Source: an uncultured Acidobacteriota bacterium
GTDB lineage: Bacteria > Acidobacteriota > UBA6911
Length of the DNA stretch: 64,000 nucleotides
Assembly (NCBI GenBank): GCA_964534795.1
Contig: CAZHQK010000180.1
Span: forward strand, 4,395 to 68,394
Reading direction: 5' to 3'
The stretch's first letter is position 1. Each line of letters begins with the position of its first letter. Positions 20,388 through 29,907 of the stretch are shown here, in pieces. Below the pieces are notes generated by a model. That model searched no databases. It worked only from the letters and a program-made list of their open reading frames with translations, and was not told the origin of the DNA. A program made the position numbers and the translations under genes.

Positions 20388-20664
20388 CTCCCTCGCCTTC
20401 GTCGGCCATGATGCCGCTCTTGAGGGCGTCCTTGGACCAGACCGGCAGGGGCCCCATTTCCCCGGTGGTGGGGTCGAGCCTGAGCCTGTAGGAAGCCGTC
20501 ACCTGGAAATGCTCCAGCATCCAGCGCCAGCCGCGCACGAAATAGCCGCACTGGTCGTTGAAGCAGACGTACTGATACTCCCCGCTCCAGCTGCTCAGCT
20601 GGGGGTTGGCCCACCGCACCATGGGCCGCCCGCAGTGGGGGCAAATCGGCGGCGCAGCGGCCAT
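20380..20664 (-). CDS. small zinc-ribbon protein (94 aa)
   Basis: Two CxxC/CxxxxC pairs ([15 protein letters not shown]), an acidic tail and a GGAGG RBS. It overlaps the ykgJ-like start by 8 nt. Confidence 0.45.
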   Translation of the reverse strand: MAAAPPICPHCGRPMVRWANPQLSSWSGEYQYVCFNDQCGYFVRGWRWMLEHFQVTASYRLRLDPTTGEMGPLPVWSKDALKSGIMADEGEGDD

Positions 20665-20681
20665 GGATCAACCTCCGGAAT

Positions 20682-20707
20682 GCGGCCCCCGCCGAAGCGG
20701 GGGCCGC
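20682..20707 (-). other. perfect 11-bp GC stem-loop immediately 3' of aprA
   Basis: gcggcccccgc cgaa gcgggggccgc, a tetraloop hairpin with no U-run. It is followed by GGAGG plus the ATG of the zinc-ribbon gene. Confidence 0.45.
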
Positions 20708-20727
20708 CGCTCCAGTGGAACCGGACA

Positions 20728-22662
20728 CTAGCCTCCCAGGAGCTCGTGCTCCTTGGGCTGCGCGAACACATAGCGTACCGGCCGCGCAAAGACCTCCCAC
20801 TGGTCGGTCTTGGGATCGTACTTGCAGTTGGCGAACACGCGCCACTTTTCCTCGTCGAGCTTCGGGCGATCGGCGCGGAAGTAATAGCCCGGCCAGCGCG
20901 TCTCCTCGCGGAAGAGCATGGTCCGGACATGGGCTTCCGCCTGCCACATGCGATGCACGTTCTCCCAGCAACGCATGAGCTCGTGCAGGTTGGCGGCCGC
21001 CAGCTTGGTCGAATCCTCCTTGAGGAGGGCGATCAATTCGAGAGCCCTCTTCAGGAGCGCCTCGTTGGTGGTGAACTGCGCGCTGATGCCGCCCGCGTAC
21101 TCATCCATGATCTTCTGCAGGCGGAACATGAACATGCGCGGCTTGATGTAGTTGGGATTGATCTCGGGATCGGTGGTCTCGCCCATGTGCTTCTGGTAGG
21201 TCTCCAGAGGCTGCAGGATCTCGACCATCTTGCGATTGATGGTCTCGTCGTCCACCTTGGGCATCGTGTTGTTCTCCACGATGAATTTGATGGCCGACTT
21301 GGCCGCGATCCGGCCCTCGGTGCACGAGCCCGAGGAGAACTTGTGGCTCGAGGCCCCCGAGGCGTCGCCCGCGCAGAAGAGCCCCTTGACCGTGGCCATG
21401 TTGGCATAGCCCCAGAAGTACTCGCCGCGGGTCTCGTCGCTCTGCAAATCCTCGGGACCGCTCACCCAGGCGCCGCTGGCTCCCGAGTGCGATCCGATGA
21501 AGTACGGCTCGGCCGCAGCGATCTCGGAACTCTTCACCTCGGGCTCCACGTTGGTGGCCGCCCACAGGATGGCCTGGGAGATGGTCATGTCAAGAAAGTC
21601 TTCCCAAGCCTCGGACTCGAGTTCCTTCATCTTTTTCTTGTAGGCCTTGGGGTCGTCCTTGTAGGCATCGGCGATGGCCTGGATGGCTTCCTCGGTTCTC
21701 ATGTAGATGGGCCCCTTGCCCTCCATGATATCGAGCATGCCCAGGTAATTGCGCAGGTTGGCGGGGATCGGCTTCACCCGGCCGTAAGGCCCCCACTTCT
21801 CGAGCTCGGCCTTGCGCTCCACCATGTAATCGCCGCCCTGCGAGTTGGTGGCCCGGGACTTGAAGAGCAGGAACCACGCACCCACCGGCCCGTAGGCATC
21901 CTTGAAGCGCACGGGAATGAAACGCACTTCCTGGCAGGTCATCTCGGCACCCGCCTGGATGGTGAAATAGGCCGAAGAACCGGAATTCCAGGGTGGATAC
22001 CACGCGCGGCCCACGCCCTCGCCCGAGCTCCTCGGCTTGAAGACGTGCACGGCACCGCCCATGGCCACCAGGGTGGCCTTCGCCTTGAAGACGTAAAACT
22101 TGTTTTCGCGCACCGAAAAGCCCACGGCCCCGGCGCAGCGATCGCCGTCCATGAGCGGACCGACGATGAAGACGCGCTCGAAGATCTGCCCGACGCCGGA
22201 CTGGAGCAGGGCGTTCTTGGCCGCCTCGGCCACGACGACCTTGTACGACTCGCCGTTGATCATCAGCTGCCAGCGGCCCTCGTGGACGTAAGCGCCGTTC
22301 TCGTCTTTCCAGATGGGGAGTCCCCATTTTTCGAATAGATGAACGGTCGAATCGACGTGACGGGCGATGTTGGCCACCAGGTCCTCGCGCGTGATGCCCA
22401 TCAGGTCGTTGCGCACGTAGTCGACATAGTCCTTTACCGTGTTCGTGCCGTCGCACAGGCCGACGTACTGGTTGATGGCCGAGAGGCCCATCGCCACGGC
22501 TCCGGAACGGTCGACCGCCGCCTTGTCGACCAGGGTCACCTTCAGGCCGTTCTGCTTGGCCCAATACGCCGCCTCGACCGCGGCGCCGCAGGCGGCCATG
22601 CCGCCGCCCAGAATCAACAGATCAGTTTCCACCACGACTTTTTCGAAATCGGCCATGTTCAT
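20728..22662 (-). CDS. aprA: adenylylsulfate (APS) reductase alpha subunit
   Basis: 644 aa with an FAD-binding N-terminus (LILGGGMAACGAAVEAAYW) and AprA-specific blocks (YFTIQAGAEMT, WGYANMATVKGLFCAGDASGAS). Confidence 0.95.
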   Translation of the reverse strand: MNMADFEKVVVETDLLILGGGMAACGAAVEAAYWAKQNGLKVTLVDKAAVDRSGAVAMGLSAINQYVGLCDGTNTVKDYVDYVRNDLMGITREDLVANIARHVDSTVHLFEKWGLPIWKDENGAYVHEGRWQLMINGESYKVVVAEAAKNALLQSGVGQIFERVFIVGPLMDGDRCAGAVGFSVRENKFYVFKAKATLVAMGGAVHVFKPRSSGEGVGRAWYPPWNSGSSAYFTIQAGAEMTCQEVRFIPVRFKDAYGPVGAWFLLFKSRATNSQGGDYMVERKAELEKWGPYGRVKPIPANLRNYLGMLDIMEGKGPIYMRTEEAIQAIADAYKDDPKAYKKKMKELESEAWEDFLDMTISQAILWAATNVEPEVKSSEIAAAEPYFIGSHSGASGAWVSGPEDLQSDETRGEYFWGYANMATVKGLFCAGDASGASSHKFSSGSCTEGRIAAKSAIKFIVENNTMPKVDDETINRKMVEILQPLETYQKHMGETTDPEINPNYIKPRMFMFRLQKIMDEYAGGISAQFTTNEALLKRALELIALLKEDSTKLAAANLHELMRCWENVHRMWQAEAHVRTMLFREETRWPGYYFRADRPKLDEEKWRVFANCKYDPKTDQWEVFARPVRYVFAQPKEHELLGG

Positions 22663-22669
22663 CCCTCCT

Positions 22670-23116
22670 CTACTCGCACGACTTCAATGTGAACAATTTG
22701 TTCAAGCGGTTGGACGCCGGCTCGGTGAAGAGGTTGGGGCTGTTCAGATCGCCGACCGTCGGGAACCCGCCATCCGGCACCGCCTGTCCCTCGGGGGTCG
22801 TGCGGATGGGGAACTTGAAGCGCTTCAGTGTACCGTTGCGGAATTTCACGGTCCACATGATCGAATCGGTTGAACGCAGGGGCGTAACGGATGCCCCCAT
22901 CGGGACGAAGTCGGCGTAGCCGCGGATCTCGATGGCCTGGGTAGGGCAGATCTTCACGCAGTTGAAGCACTCCCAGCACATCATGACGTCGCGGTTGTAC
23001 GCCTTCATCTTCTCCCGGTCCAGGACCATGAGGTCGTTGGGGCAAATGTACTGGCAAGCGGTCTTGTCCAGCGCCTTGCACCCATCGCATTTTTCGATAT
23101 TGACGTAACTCGGCAT
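22670..23116 (-). CDS. aprB: APS reductase beta subunit (2x[4Fe-4S])
   Basis: 148 aa, MPSYVNIEKCDGCKALDKTACQYICPNDLM...CWECFNCVKICPTQAI. This is the classic AprB. Confidence 0.95.
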   Translation of the reverse strand: MPSYVNIEKCDGCKALDKTACQYICPNDLMVLDREKMKAYNRDVMMCWECFNCVKICPTQAIEIRGYADFVPMGASVTPLRSTDSIMWTVKFRNGTLKRFKFPIRTTPEGQAVPDGGFPTVGDLNSPNLFTEPASNRLNKLFTLKSCE

Positions 23117-23133
23117 GACGCTACCTTTCTGGT

Positions 23134-23739
23134 TCAGAACCGCCCGCCGGGGGAAACGAGCGGTTCCAGCTTGTCGGACTTATGACGACGGTAGAAACAC
23201 TCCCGCCGGCTGAGTTCCCCGAACCTGCAATTTTCGCGATAAGAAATCCCGCATTGCAGGCATACCTCATCCGGCCGGGAGCCGTGTTGGACGATCGATG
23301 CAGCCAGACGGTCCAGAAGCTCGGCCGCCCTCTGCAGCTCACCCGGATCGAACCGGCCCAACACCTCGGCCGCCTTGCGGTGCCTGGCCTCCTCGAAGGA
23401 CCGAAGCAGCGCGCGGCTTTCGTCGGTGAGACGGAAGCAGCTGCTGCGCCGATCCTCGGCCCTCTCGGCACGTGTCAGCAGCCGGCGCCGTACCAGCTTC
23501 TCGACCGTCTTGCTGGCGGCGGCGTCGCTGACCCCGAGGAAATCCGCTGCATCGCCGACCGTGTGTTCGCCGGTCGCTGAACCGAAAAACAGCAGCTTGA
23601 GATGAGAAAAACTCAGCGATTCGTCCGCGCTCTCCCGCAGGATCTCCTGCTCGAAAGCGCGGCGGATCGCTGCGGCGAAGACGTGCGCACTGCCCAGAAA
23701 ATCCGTCCGAACCTCGGCACTCCTCGCCTCGCAAGCCAT
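23134..23739 (-). CDS. MarR-family transcriptional regulator with a Cys-rich C-terminal extension, lead gene before aprBA
   Basis: ATG at 23737-23739 with GGAGGAAG upstream. The wHTH region runs LSFSHLKLLFFGSATGEHTVGDAADFLGVSDAAASKTVEKLVRRRLLTR. The C-terminus is ..CLQCGISYRENCRFGELSRRECFYRRH. It lies 17 bp upstream of aprB on the same strand. Confidence 0.6.
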   Translation of the reverse strand: MACEARSAEVRTDFLGSAHVFAAAIRRAFEQEILRESADESLSFSHLKLLFFGSATGEHTVGDAADFLGVSDAAASKTVEKLVRRRLLTRAERAEDRRSSCFRLTDESRALLRSFEEARHRKAAEVLGRFDPGELQRAAELLDRLAASIVQHGSRPDEVCLQCGISYRENCRFGELSRRECFYRRHKSDKLEPLVSPGGRF

Positions 23740-24081
23740 TGAACTTCCTCCATCCCTAAAGCGGGATGAAATCCGGACCCAGACCAACGGCTGGCGTCCG
23801 TCGTTTAACCCTGTCGAATTTAAACTCGATTTAGTCCTCATGCAAGAGTTTTTTTCGAAAATATGGCCAGATCTGGCAGGAAATTATTGTCAAAAGATAT
23901 TAAATCAGCACAAGCACCCGGCCATTTCGGCGATTTGAAAAAGATCGGCGACGCCGAACAGCCGACGGCAGGAAAGACTTCCCATGGCTGGGCCGCGACC
24001 CTCGATCCGGGATCGGAAGTCTCATTTGGCTCACTCTGAGACCGATTTGCCCTGCATTGCTCGGCGATAGGCCGCGTTTGC

Positions 24082-24150
24082 TGCAAAAAAAAATTTAAAT
24101 ATGATGACAAGCCGGTCAATTGCGTTTATTATTAACCGCCGAAAGGATCC
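24082..24150 (+). promoter_or_regulatory. conserved 69-nt upstream element, copy 1 (qmoABC leader)
   Basis: Ungapped 48/69 identity to 36638..36706. The core GCGTTTATTATTAACCG(C/G)CGAAA(G/A)GATCC matches at 27/29. GATGACAA is shared 14 nt upstream. A GC hairpin (cccgcc-tgaaggtcc-ggcggg) follows directly. Confidence 0.55.
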
Positions 24151-24608
24151 CGCCTGAAGGTCCGGCGGGAACCTGTGAGCAGGACTGGTTCCTGAAGTGC
24201 TCCGGCCCGGGTCGAGTCGGAGAGCGGAGGCAGCGAGGTCATCATCATCGATTCGGCAAGCTATGAAAACGGCCCGTGATCGCCATCATCGCATTACCCG
24301 TCATGGCGGACCCCGCGACACATCCCCTCGACTCCTCCCCCGTCGGCCCGGGGCAGCGCTGCGGCCTGTTCCTGCGATAGAGAAAGGCAGGTGTACGACG
24401 CTCGCCCCGAGCTCGGAGCCGCGGCGCTCCGGGCTCGTCGCGCGATGACAGGCGCAGGCACCGGCTGAGCCGGCCGACGTGCCCGGCAACCCGGTCTCGA
24501 GGCTACCGACGCCTTCGCATCGGGCCGGCGGCCGGACGCTCCCGCCGGGCGCGAGACAAGCCGGGGCCGAAGCCATCGACCAGAAGTCATATTCGCGAGA
24601 GACACAAT

Positions 24609-25868
24609 ATGAATGCCAAAGCAAAACCCATTCTAGTAATCGGCGGGGGCATAGCCGGGATGACGGCGGCGGTCGAAGCCGCCGAGGTAGGGTATCCCGT
24701 CGTCCTCGTGGAAAAGGAAGCGTATCTGGGAGGACGCGTAATGCGCACCTACCGCTACTTCCCGAAGATGTGTCCCCCGACCTGCGGCTTCGAAATCAAC
24801 GTGCGCCGGATCCGGCAGAATCCCAGAATCACGGTCCACACGCTTGCGACCGTGGAGGAGATCACCGGCCGCGCGGGTGCTTTCCGCGCCAGAATCAGGA
24901 AGCGCCCCCGATACGTGACCGGCCGGGAACCGCTGAGCGATTCCCTGGCGCAACAGCTGACCTCCGAGCGTCCCGACGACTTCAACCTGGGCATGGGCCG
25001 GACCAAGGCACTCTATCTGCCGCACGCAATGGCCTACCCGCCGCAGTATGTGCTGGACCGGGACGCCCTCTCCGCAGCCGACGCCGAAATCCTCAGGAAA
25101 AACGCCGCCGGGGCCGTCGATCTCGACATGGCCGAAGAGGAGCTGCTGGTCGAGGCGGGCACCGTCATCATCGCCACCGGATGGCGCCCGTATGACGCCG
25201 CCAAGCTCGACCATCTGGGCTTCGGAAAATGCCGCAACGTCATCACCAATGTCATGATGGAACGGCTGGCGGCGCCCGGCGGGCCGACGGGCGGAGAGAT
25301 CCTGCGGCCCTCCGACGGCAGGAAAGCGGAGAACGTGGCCTTCGTCCAATGCGCCGGTTCGCGCGACGAGAACCATCTTCCCTACTGCTCGGCCGTCTGC
25401 TGCATGGCTTCGCTCAAGCAGGCCAGGTACCTGAGGGAAAAGAACGCGAACGCCAAGGCGACCATCTTCTACATCGATATCCGCGCCGTGGGCCGCCTCG
25501 AGAAGTTTTATTACGACATGCTCGAGGATGCCAACGTCACCTATGTCAAGGGAAAGGTGGCCGGAATCAGCGAAGAACCCGGAAGCGGCAACCTGATCCT
25601 GGACGTGGAGGACACGCTGGCCGGCAGAAAGCAGCATCGCGGATTCGATCTTGCGGTCCTGGCGACCGGCATGGTGCCCAATACCGCCGATGCCGGCCTG
25701 CCCCTGCAGCTCCAATGCGACGACTACGGTTTCATCGACGGCACCACGGACATCGAGGGCGTGTATGCGGCCGGCTGTGTCAAGCGCCCGTGCGACGTTG
25801 CGCGTACGACCAAGGACGCCACCGCGGCTGCGTTGAAGGCCATCCAGTGCCTTCAGAGGGGAGAATGA
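24609..25868 (+). CDS. qmoA: QmoA (HdrA-like FAD flavoprotein)
   Basis: 419 aa with an FAD Rossmann start (ILVIGGGIAGMTAAVEAAE) and the HdrA-like Cys cluster (CAGSRDENHLPYCSAVCC). Confidence 0.9.
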   Translation: MNAKAKPILVIGGGIAGMTAAVEAAEVGYPVVLVEKEAYLGGRVMRTYRYFPKMCPPTCGFEINVRRIRQNPRITVHTLATVEEITGRAGAFRARIRKRPRYVTGREPLSDSLAQQLTSERPDDFNLGMGRTKALYLPHAMAYPPQYVLDRDALSAADAEILRKNAAGAVDLDMAEEELLVEAGTVIIATGWRPYDAAKLDHLGFGKCRNVITNVMMERLAAPGGPTGGEILRPSDGRKAENVAFVQCAGSRDENHLPYCSAVCCMASLKQARYLREKNANAKATIFYIDIRAVGRLEKFYYDMLEDANVTYVKGKVAGISEEPGSGNLILDVEDTLAGRKQHRGFDLAVLATGMVPNTADAGLPLQLQCDDYGFIDGTTDIEGVYAAGCVKRPCDVARTTKDATAAALKAIQCLQRGE

Positions 25869-25872
25869 ACCG

Positions 25873-28146
25873 ATGAAAGACAAGATCGGCGTCTTTATCT
25901 GCACGGGATACGGGATCGCGGAAGCGCTCGATATCGAAGCGCTGCGCAAGGTGGTCACCTCGGAATGCAAGGTGCCCTTCTGCAAGACGGTGGATTCCTG
26001 TGAGGGGCCCGCCCTGCAAGGGATCATCGAGGATATTGCCAGGGAAGGCCTGGCCAAGGTCGTCATTGCCGGGATTTCGCCGCGCCGCTACCCGGACGTC
26101 GCTTTCCCCGAGGGCGTCGTCGTCGAAAGGTTTGCGCTCCTCGAACACGTGGTATGGACGCAACCGGCGCGCGACGAGGATACGCAGATGATGGCGGAGG
26201 ACTACCTGCGCATGTACGTCACCAAGGTGCGCGAGATGGAACCTCCCCAGCCCTTCAAGCCGGAAGAAACCCTCGACAAGAGCATCCTGGTGGTCGGAGG
26301 CGGGATCACCGGGATGACCGCGGCGCTCGAAGGCGCCCGGGCCGGGTACCGCGTGCGCCTGGTCGAGAAGAGCGACCGCCTGGGAGGCTGGCTCGCCCGG
26401 CAGCACAAGTCGGTGCCCACCAAGCCGCCTTACAGAGAACTGGAGCCGACGGGGGTCGAGGATCTCATCAAGAAGGTCGAGAGCGACCCGCACATCACCG
26501 TCTACAAGTCGGCCGCCACCGGCCGCATCGCGGGCGCCCCCGGACTTTTCGACGTGACCCTGCATTCGACCGGCAACGGCCGCCCCGCCGGGGAAGTCGT
26601 CGATACCTTCCGCGTGGGGGCGATCATCCAGGCGACCGGCTGGAGACCGGCGGAACTCCGAGATACCCTGCCCTACGGCCGGCTGCCCGACGTCATCCGC
26701 AACGTCGAGCTGGAAGAAATGGTGCGCAGCCAAGGGCGCATCATCCGCCCTTCGGACGGCAGGGAGGTCAAGAGCATCGCCTTCATCCAGTGCGGCGGAT
26801 CGCGGCGCAAGGAACACCATTCCTACTGTTCTTCGATCTGCTGTCTGACCTCGCTCAAGCAGGCCCTCTACCTGCGCGAGCGGCAGAGCGACGGCAAGGC
26901 TTACATCTTCTACGAATTCATCCGGACGCCGGGGCACTACGAAGATTTCTACCGCCGGGTGCAGCAGGATCCCGGCGTGTTCCTCACCAAGGGTGAGGTG
27001 ACCGACGTGACCCGCGAGTCGGACGGCTCGTTGCTGGTCACGGCCCAGGACACCATGCTGGGCGAGCGGATCCAGGTCCGGGTCGACCTGGTCGTGCTCG
27101 CGGCCGGGATGGTGCCGAATTCGGCCGACGGCGAGGCTATCCGGGCGCTGCACGACGCCCAGGCTACGGCGACGCGCGGCGAATCGGAGGTGCAGCGCAA
27201 GGAGGCCGCCGAAAAGGCCGAACGGCTCAAGCACCACGAGGGCACGGAGATACTCAACCTGGTCTACCGCCAGGGACCCGACCTGCCGATCCTGCAGTAC
27301 GGCTTTCCCGACTCCCATTTCATCTGCTTCCCCTATGAGAGCCGGCGCACGGGAATCTATCCCGCGGGCAGCGTACGCCAGCCCATGGACGGAGTCGGCG
27401 CCCGCGAGGACGCGGCCGGTGCCGCCTTGAAGGCAATCCAGTGCGTGGAGATGACCGCCAGGGGCGAAGCGGTCCACCCGCGCGCGGGCGACAAATCCTA
27501 CCCTGAATTCTTCCTCCAGCGCTGCACCCAGTGCAAGCGCTGCACCGAGGAATGCCCCTTCGGCGTGCTCAACGAGGACGTCAAGGGCACCCCCCTGCTC
27601 CAGGCCACCCGCTGCCGGCGCTGCGGCGTCTGCATGGGGGCCTGCCCCGAGCGCATCGTGTCCTTCAAGGACTATTCGGTGCATATCATCGCCGAGATGA
27701 TCAAGGCGGTGGAGGTTCCGGACGAAGCCGAGGAAAAGCCGAGAGTCCTGGCCCTGCTGTGCGAAAACGACGCCATCCCCGCCCTGGACCTCGTGGGTCT
27801 GCACCGCCTCCATTACAACCCGTTCGTGCGCGTCGTCCCGGTGCGCTGCCTGGGCTCGGTCAACGCCGTCTGGGTCTCCGAGGCGATTTCGGCCGGCTAC
27901 GACGGCGTGCTGCTGGTGGGCTGCAAATACGGCGACGATTACCAGTGCCACTTCATCAAGGGGAGCGAGCTGGCGTTCACCCGCGGCGGGAACATCCGGG
28001 AAAAGCTCAAGCAGATGTCCATGGAGAACGAGAGGGTCGAACTCCACCAGCTACAGATCAACGAGTATGACAAGCTGCCGATGATTTTCGACAACTTCAT
28101 GAAAGTCATCGAAAAGTTCGGCATGAATCCATTCAAGGGCATGTGA
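25873..28146 (+). CDS. qmoB: QmoB (HdrA-like flavoprotein with ferredoxin and MvhD-like C-terminal domains)
   Basis: 757 aa with FAD motifs, the HdrA Cys cluster, 2x CxxCxxCxxxCP and an MvhD-like tail. Confidence 0.9.
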   Translation: MKDKIGVFICTGYGIAEALDIEALRKVVTSECKVPFCKTVDSCEGPALQGIIEDIAREGLAKVVIAGISPRRYPDVAFPEGVVVERFALLEHVVWTQPARDEDTQMMAEDYLRMYVTKVREMEPPQPFKPEETLDKSILVVGGGITGMTAALEGARAGYRVRLVEKSDRLGGWLARQHKSVPTKPPYRELEPTGVEDLIKKVESDPHITVYKSAATGRIAGAPGLFDVTLHSTGNGRPAGEVVDTFRVGAIIQATGWRPAELRDTLPYGRLPDVIRNVELEEMVRSQGRIIRPSDGREVKSIAFIQCGGSRRKEHHSYCSSICCLTSLKQALYLRERQSDGKAYIFYEFIRTPGHYEDFYRRVQQDPGVFLTKGEVTDVTRESDGSLLVTAQDTMLGERIQVRVDLVVLAAGMVPNSADGEAIRALHDAQATATRGESEVQRKEAAEKAERLKHHEGTEILNLVYRQGPDLPILQYGFPDSHFICFPYESRRTGIYPAGSVRQPMDGVGAREDAAGAALKAIQCVEMTARGEAVHPRAGDKSYPEFFLQRCTQCKRCTEECPFGVLNEDVKGTPLLQATRCRRCGVCMGACPERIVSFKDYSVHIIAEMIKAVEVPDEAEEKPRVLALLCENDAIPALDLVGLHRLHYNPFVRVVPVRCLGSVNAVWVSEAISAGYDGVLLVGCKYGDDYQCHFIKGSELAFTRGGNIREKLKQMSMENERVELHQLQINEYDKLPMIFDNFMKVIEKFGMNPFKGM

Positions 28147-28197
28147 GCGCGGCGCGACCGCCCGCGGCTCGAGAACCATGCAGGGTGCGGAGGAAAC

Positions 28198-29469
28198 ATG
28201 ACAGTGGAAAGTGCCGTCAAGCGGGAAAGCGGCGCAGGAATGCCGGTGCCTGCGGCGCCGGGGCCCGGGCTTTCCGGCGACACGCGACCGGTGCGCATCG
28301 AACCGGACCTGGAGTTCATCCGTGCGCTTATCAGCGGGGGGGCGGACACGGTCAAGAAGTGTTTCCAGTGCGGAACGTGCTCGGCGACCTGCACCCTTTC
28401 GCCCGATCCCGAGCCGTTTCCGCGCAAGGAAATGGCCTGGGCGCTGTGGGGCTGGAAGGACCGGCTGGTGCGCGATCCCGATGTCTGGCTGTGCCACCAG
28501 TGCCAGGACTGCTCCGTTCGCTGCCCGCGGGGCGCGCGGCCGGGTGACGTGCTGGCGGCGGTGCGCCAGGAATGCGTCGCGCACTATGCCTTCCCCCGTT
28601 TCCTGGCGCGCTGGATGAGCCGGCCGCAGTACGTCCCCCTGCTCCTGGCCATCCCCATAGCACTTCTGACCTTGGCCCTGCTGCTGCGGGATACGCTCGC
28701 GGCCGCCCTGGGTTTCTCACCTCAACCGGGGGCGCGCATCATCTATGCCTACTCGAGCGTCTTCCCGCACTGGCTGCTGAACGGCTTCTTCGGTCTCTTC
28801 AGCCTGCTGGCATTGCTCGCCATGCTGGTGAGCGCCCGGCGCTTCTGGCGGGCTCTCGAAGAAGCGGATCGCATGCCGCGCATCCGGGGGCTTGCCGCCA
28901 GCACCTGGGCGGCGCTGCGCAGCATCGCCACGCACAGGAATTTCGACCTGTGCACGGCGGCGCGGCCGCGCTACCTTTCCCATCTCTGCGTGCTCGCCGG
29001 TTTCGTAGCCCTGACGCTGGTCACGCTATGGGTGATCACCGCCGAATACAACCCCCTGATCCGCTCCGACTTCGTCTATCCTTTCGGCTTCTGGAATCCG
29101 TGGAAGATGCTGGCCAACGTGGGCGGAATCGCCGTGCTGGCCGGCTGCCTGCTCATGGCCTGGGAGCGCCTGCGCGAGGGCGGCTCGATGGGCATCGGGG
29201 CCTATTTCGACTGGGTGCTGCTCGCCGACCTGTTTCTGGTCGTCGCCACGGGATTCGCCACCGAGGTGCTGCACTACCTGCGCCTGGAACCCCACCGACA
29301 TATCGCCTACTTCACGCACCTGGTCTTCGTCTTCACGCTGCTGATCTACCTGCCCTATTCGAAACTGGCCCACCTGGTCTACCGCGCCCTGGCCATGATC
29401 CATGCCGACCGCATCGGGCGCATCCTGGGAAGCGCCCCGACTCCGGGCGCTGAAAGGACGGGGCGGTGA
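28198..29469 (+). CDS. qmoC: QmoC (HdrC-like Fe-S domain fused to an HdrE/NarI-like cytochrome b membrane domain)
   Basis: 423 aa with an N-terminal CFQCGTCSATC...CHQCQDCSVRCPRG, then 5-6 TM helices. Confidence 0.85.
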   Translation: MTVESAVKRESGAGMPVPAAPGPGLSGDTRPVRIEPDLEFIRALISGGADTVKKCFQCGTCSATCTLSPDPEPFPRKEMAWALWGWKDRLVRDPDVWLCHQCQDCSVRCPRGARPGDVLAAVRQECVAHYAFPRFLARWMSRPQYVPLLLAIPIALLTLALLLRDTLAAALGFSPQPGARIIYAYSSVFPHWLLNGFFGLFSLLALLAMLVSARRFWRALEEADRMPRIRGLAASTWAALRSIATHRNFDLCTAARPRYLSHLCVLAGFVALTLVTLWVITAEYNPLIRSDFVYPFGFWNPWKMLANVGGIAVLAGCLLMAWERLREGGSMGIGAYFDWVLLADLFLVVATGFATEVLHYLRLEPHRHIAYFTHLVFVFTLLIYLPYSKLAHLVYRALAMIHADRIGRILGSAPTPGAERTGR

Positions 29470-29486
29470 CCCCGAAGGAGAAAACC

Positions 29487-29855
29487 ATGAACGAAACGCC
29501 GCAAAGTTCGCGCAGTGTTCTTTTCCTGGCCGTCCCGGCGCTGATCCTGCTGCTGCCTTTCGCCTACAGCCTGGTCGCCTACGTGGCCGGCGCGGACACC
29601 GCCGCCGCCCGGCCCTTCCTCGAAAAGCCCGATCCCAAGTATCGGAACTGCGTGCGCGAAACCGCCTACATGCGTTTCCATCACTGGGAGCTGCTCAGAA
29701 CGGTGCGCGAGGAGGTGGTGCGCCAGGGGAAGCCGAGCGAGACGGGCCTGAAGCAATGCAAGAATTGTCACACGAGCAGGGAGCGCTTCTGCAATCAGTG
29801 CCACAACGCGGTCACTCTGAACCCCGACTGTTTCGGATGCCATTACTATCCGTGA
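29487..29855 (+). CDS. DsrJ-like membrane-anchored triheme cytochrome c (paralog)
   Basis: ATG at 29487 with AAGGAGA upstream, and an N-terminal TM anchor. It has three CxxCH (CKNCH, CNQCH, CFGCH) and aligns with DsrJ, including the extra Cys (RNCVRETAYM vs GTCVAPTDYM). Its start is 18 nt after the qmoC stop. Confidence 0.75.
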   Translation: MNETPQSSRSVLFLAVPALILLLPFAYSLVAYVAGADTAAARPFLEKPDPKYRNCVRETAYMRFHHWELLRTVREEVVRQGKPSETGLKQCKNCHTSRERFCNQCHNAVTLNPDCFGCHYYP

Positions 29856-29907
29856 GCACGCAGCCGGCGGTCGGCAAATGCAAGCAGCCTTGGAGGGTCG
29901 AGCGAAA

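Noticed and set aside
20113-22338. 741-aa + strand ORF
   Set aside because: Antisense to aprA, which has an unmistakable FAD/AprA signature. The artefact is low-complexity.
24197-24605. Short ORFs (83-107 aa) in the qmoA leader
   Set aside because: No RBS. The content is Arg/Pro/Gly-rich. The region is better explained as an untranslated regulatory leader containing the conserved 69-nt element.
23842-24608. Rex operator or sigma-54 promoter in the qmo/marR divergent region and before sat
   Set aside because: No TTGTGAA-N6-TTCACAA palindrome. GG/GC elements do not have the 10-nt sigma-54 spacing. The shared element is reported as of unknown class.
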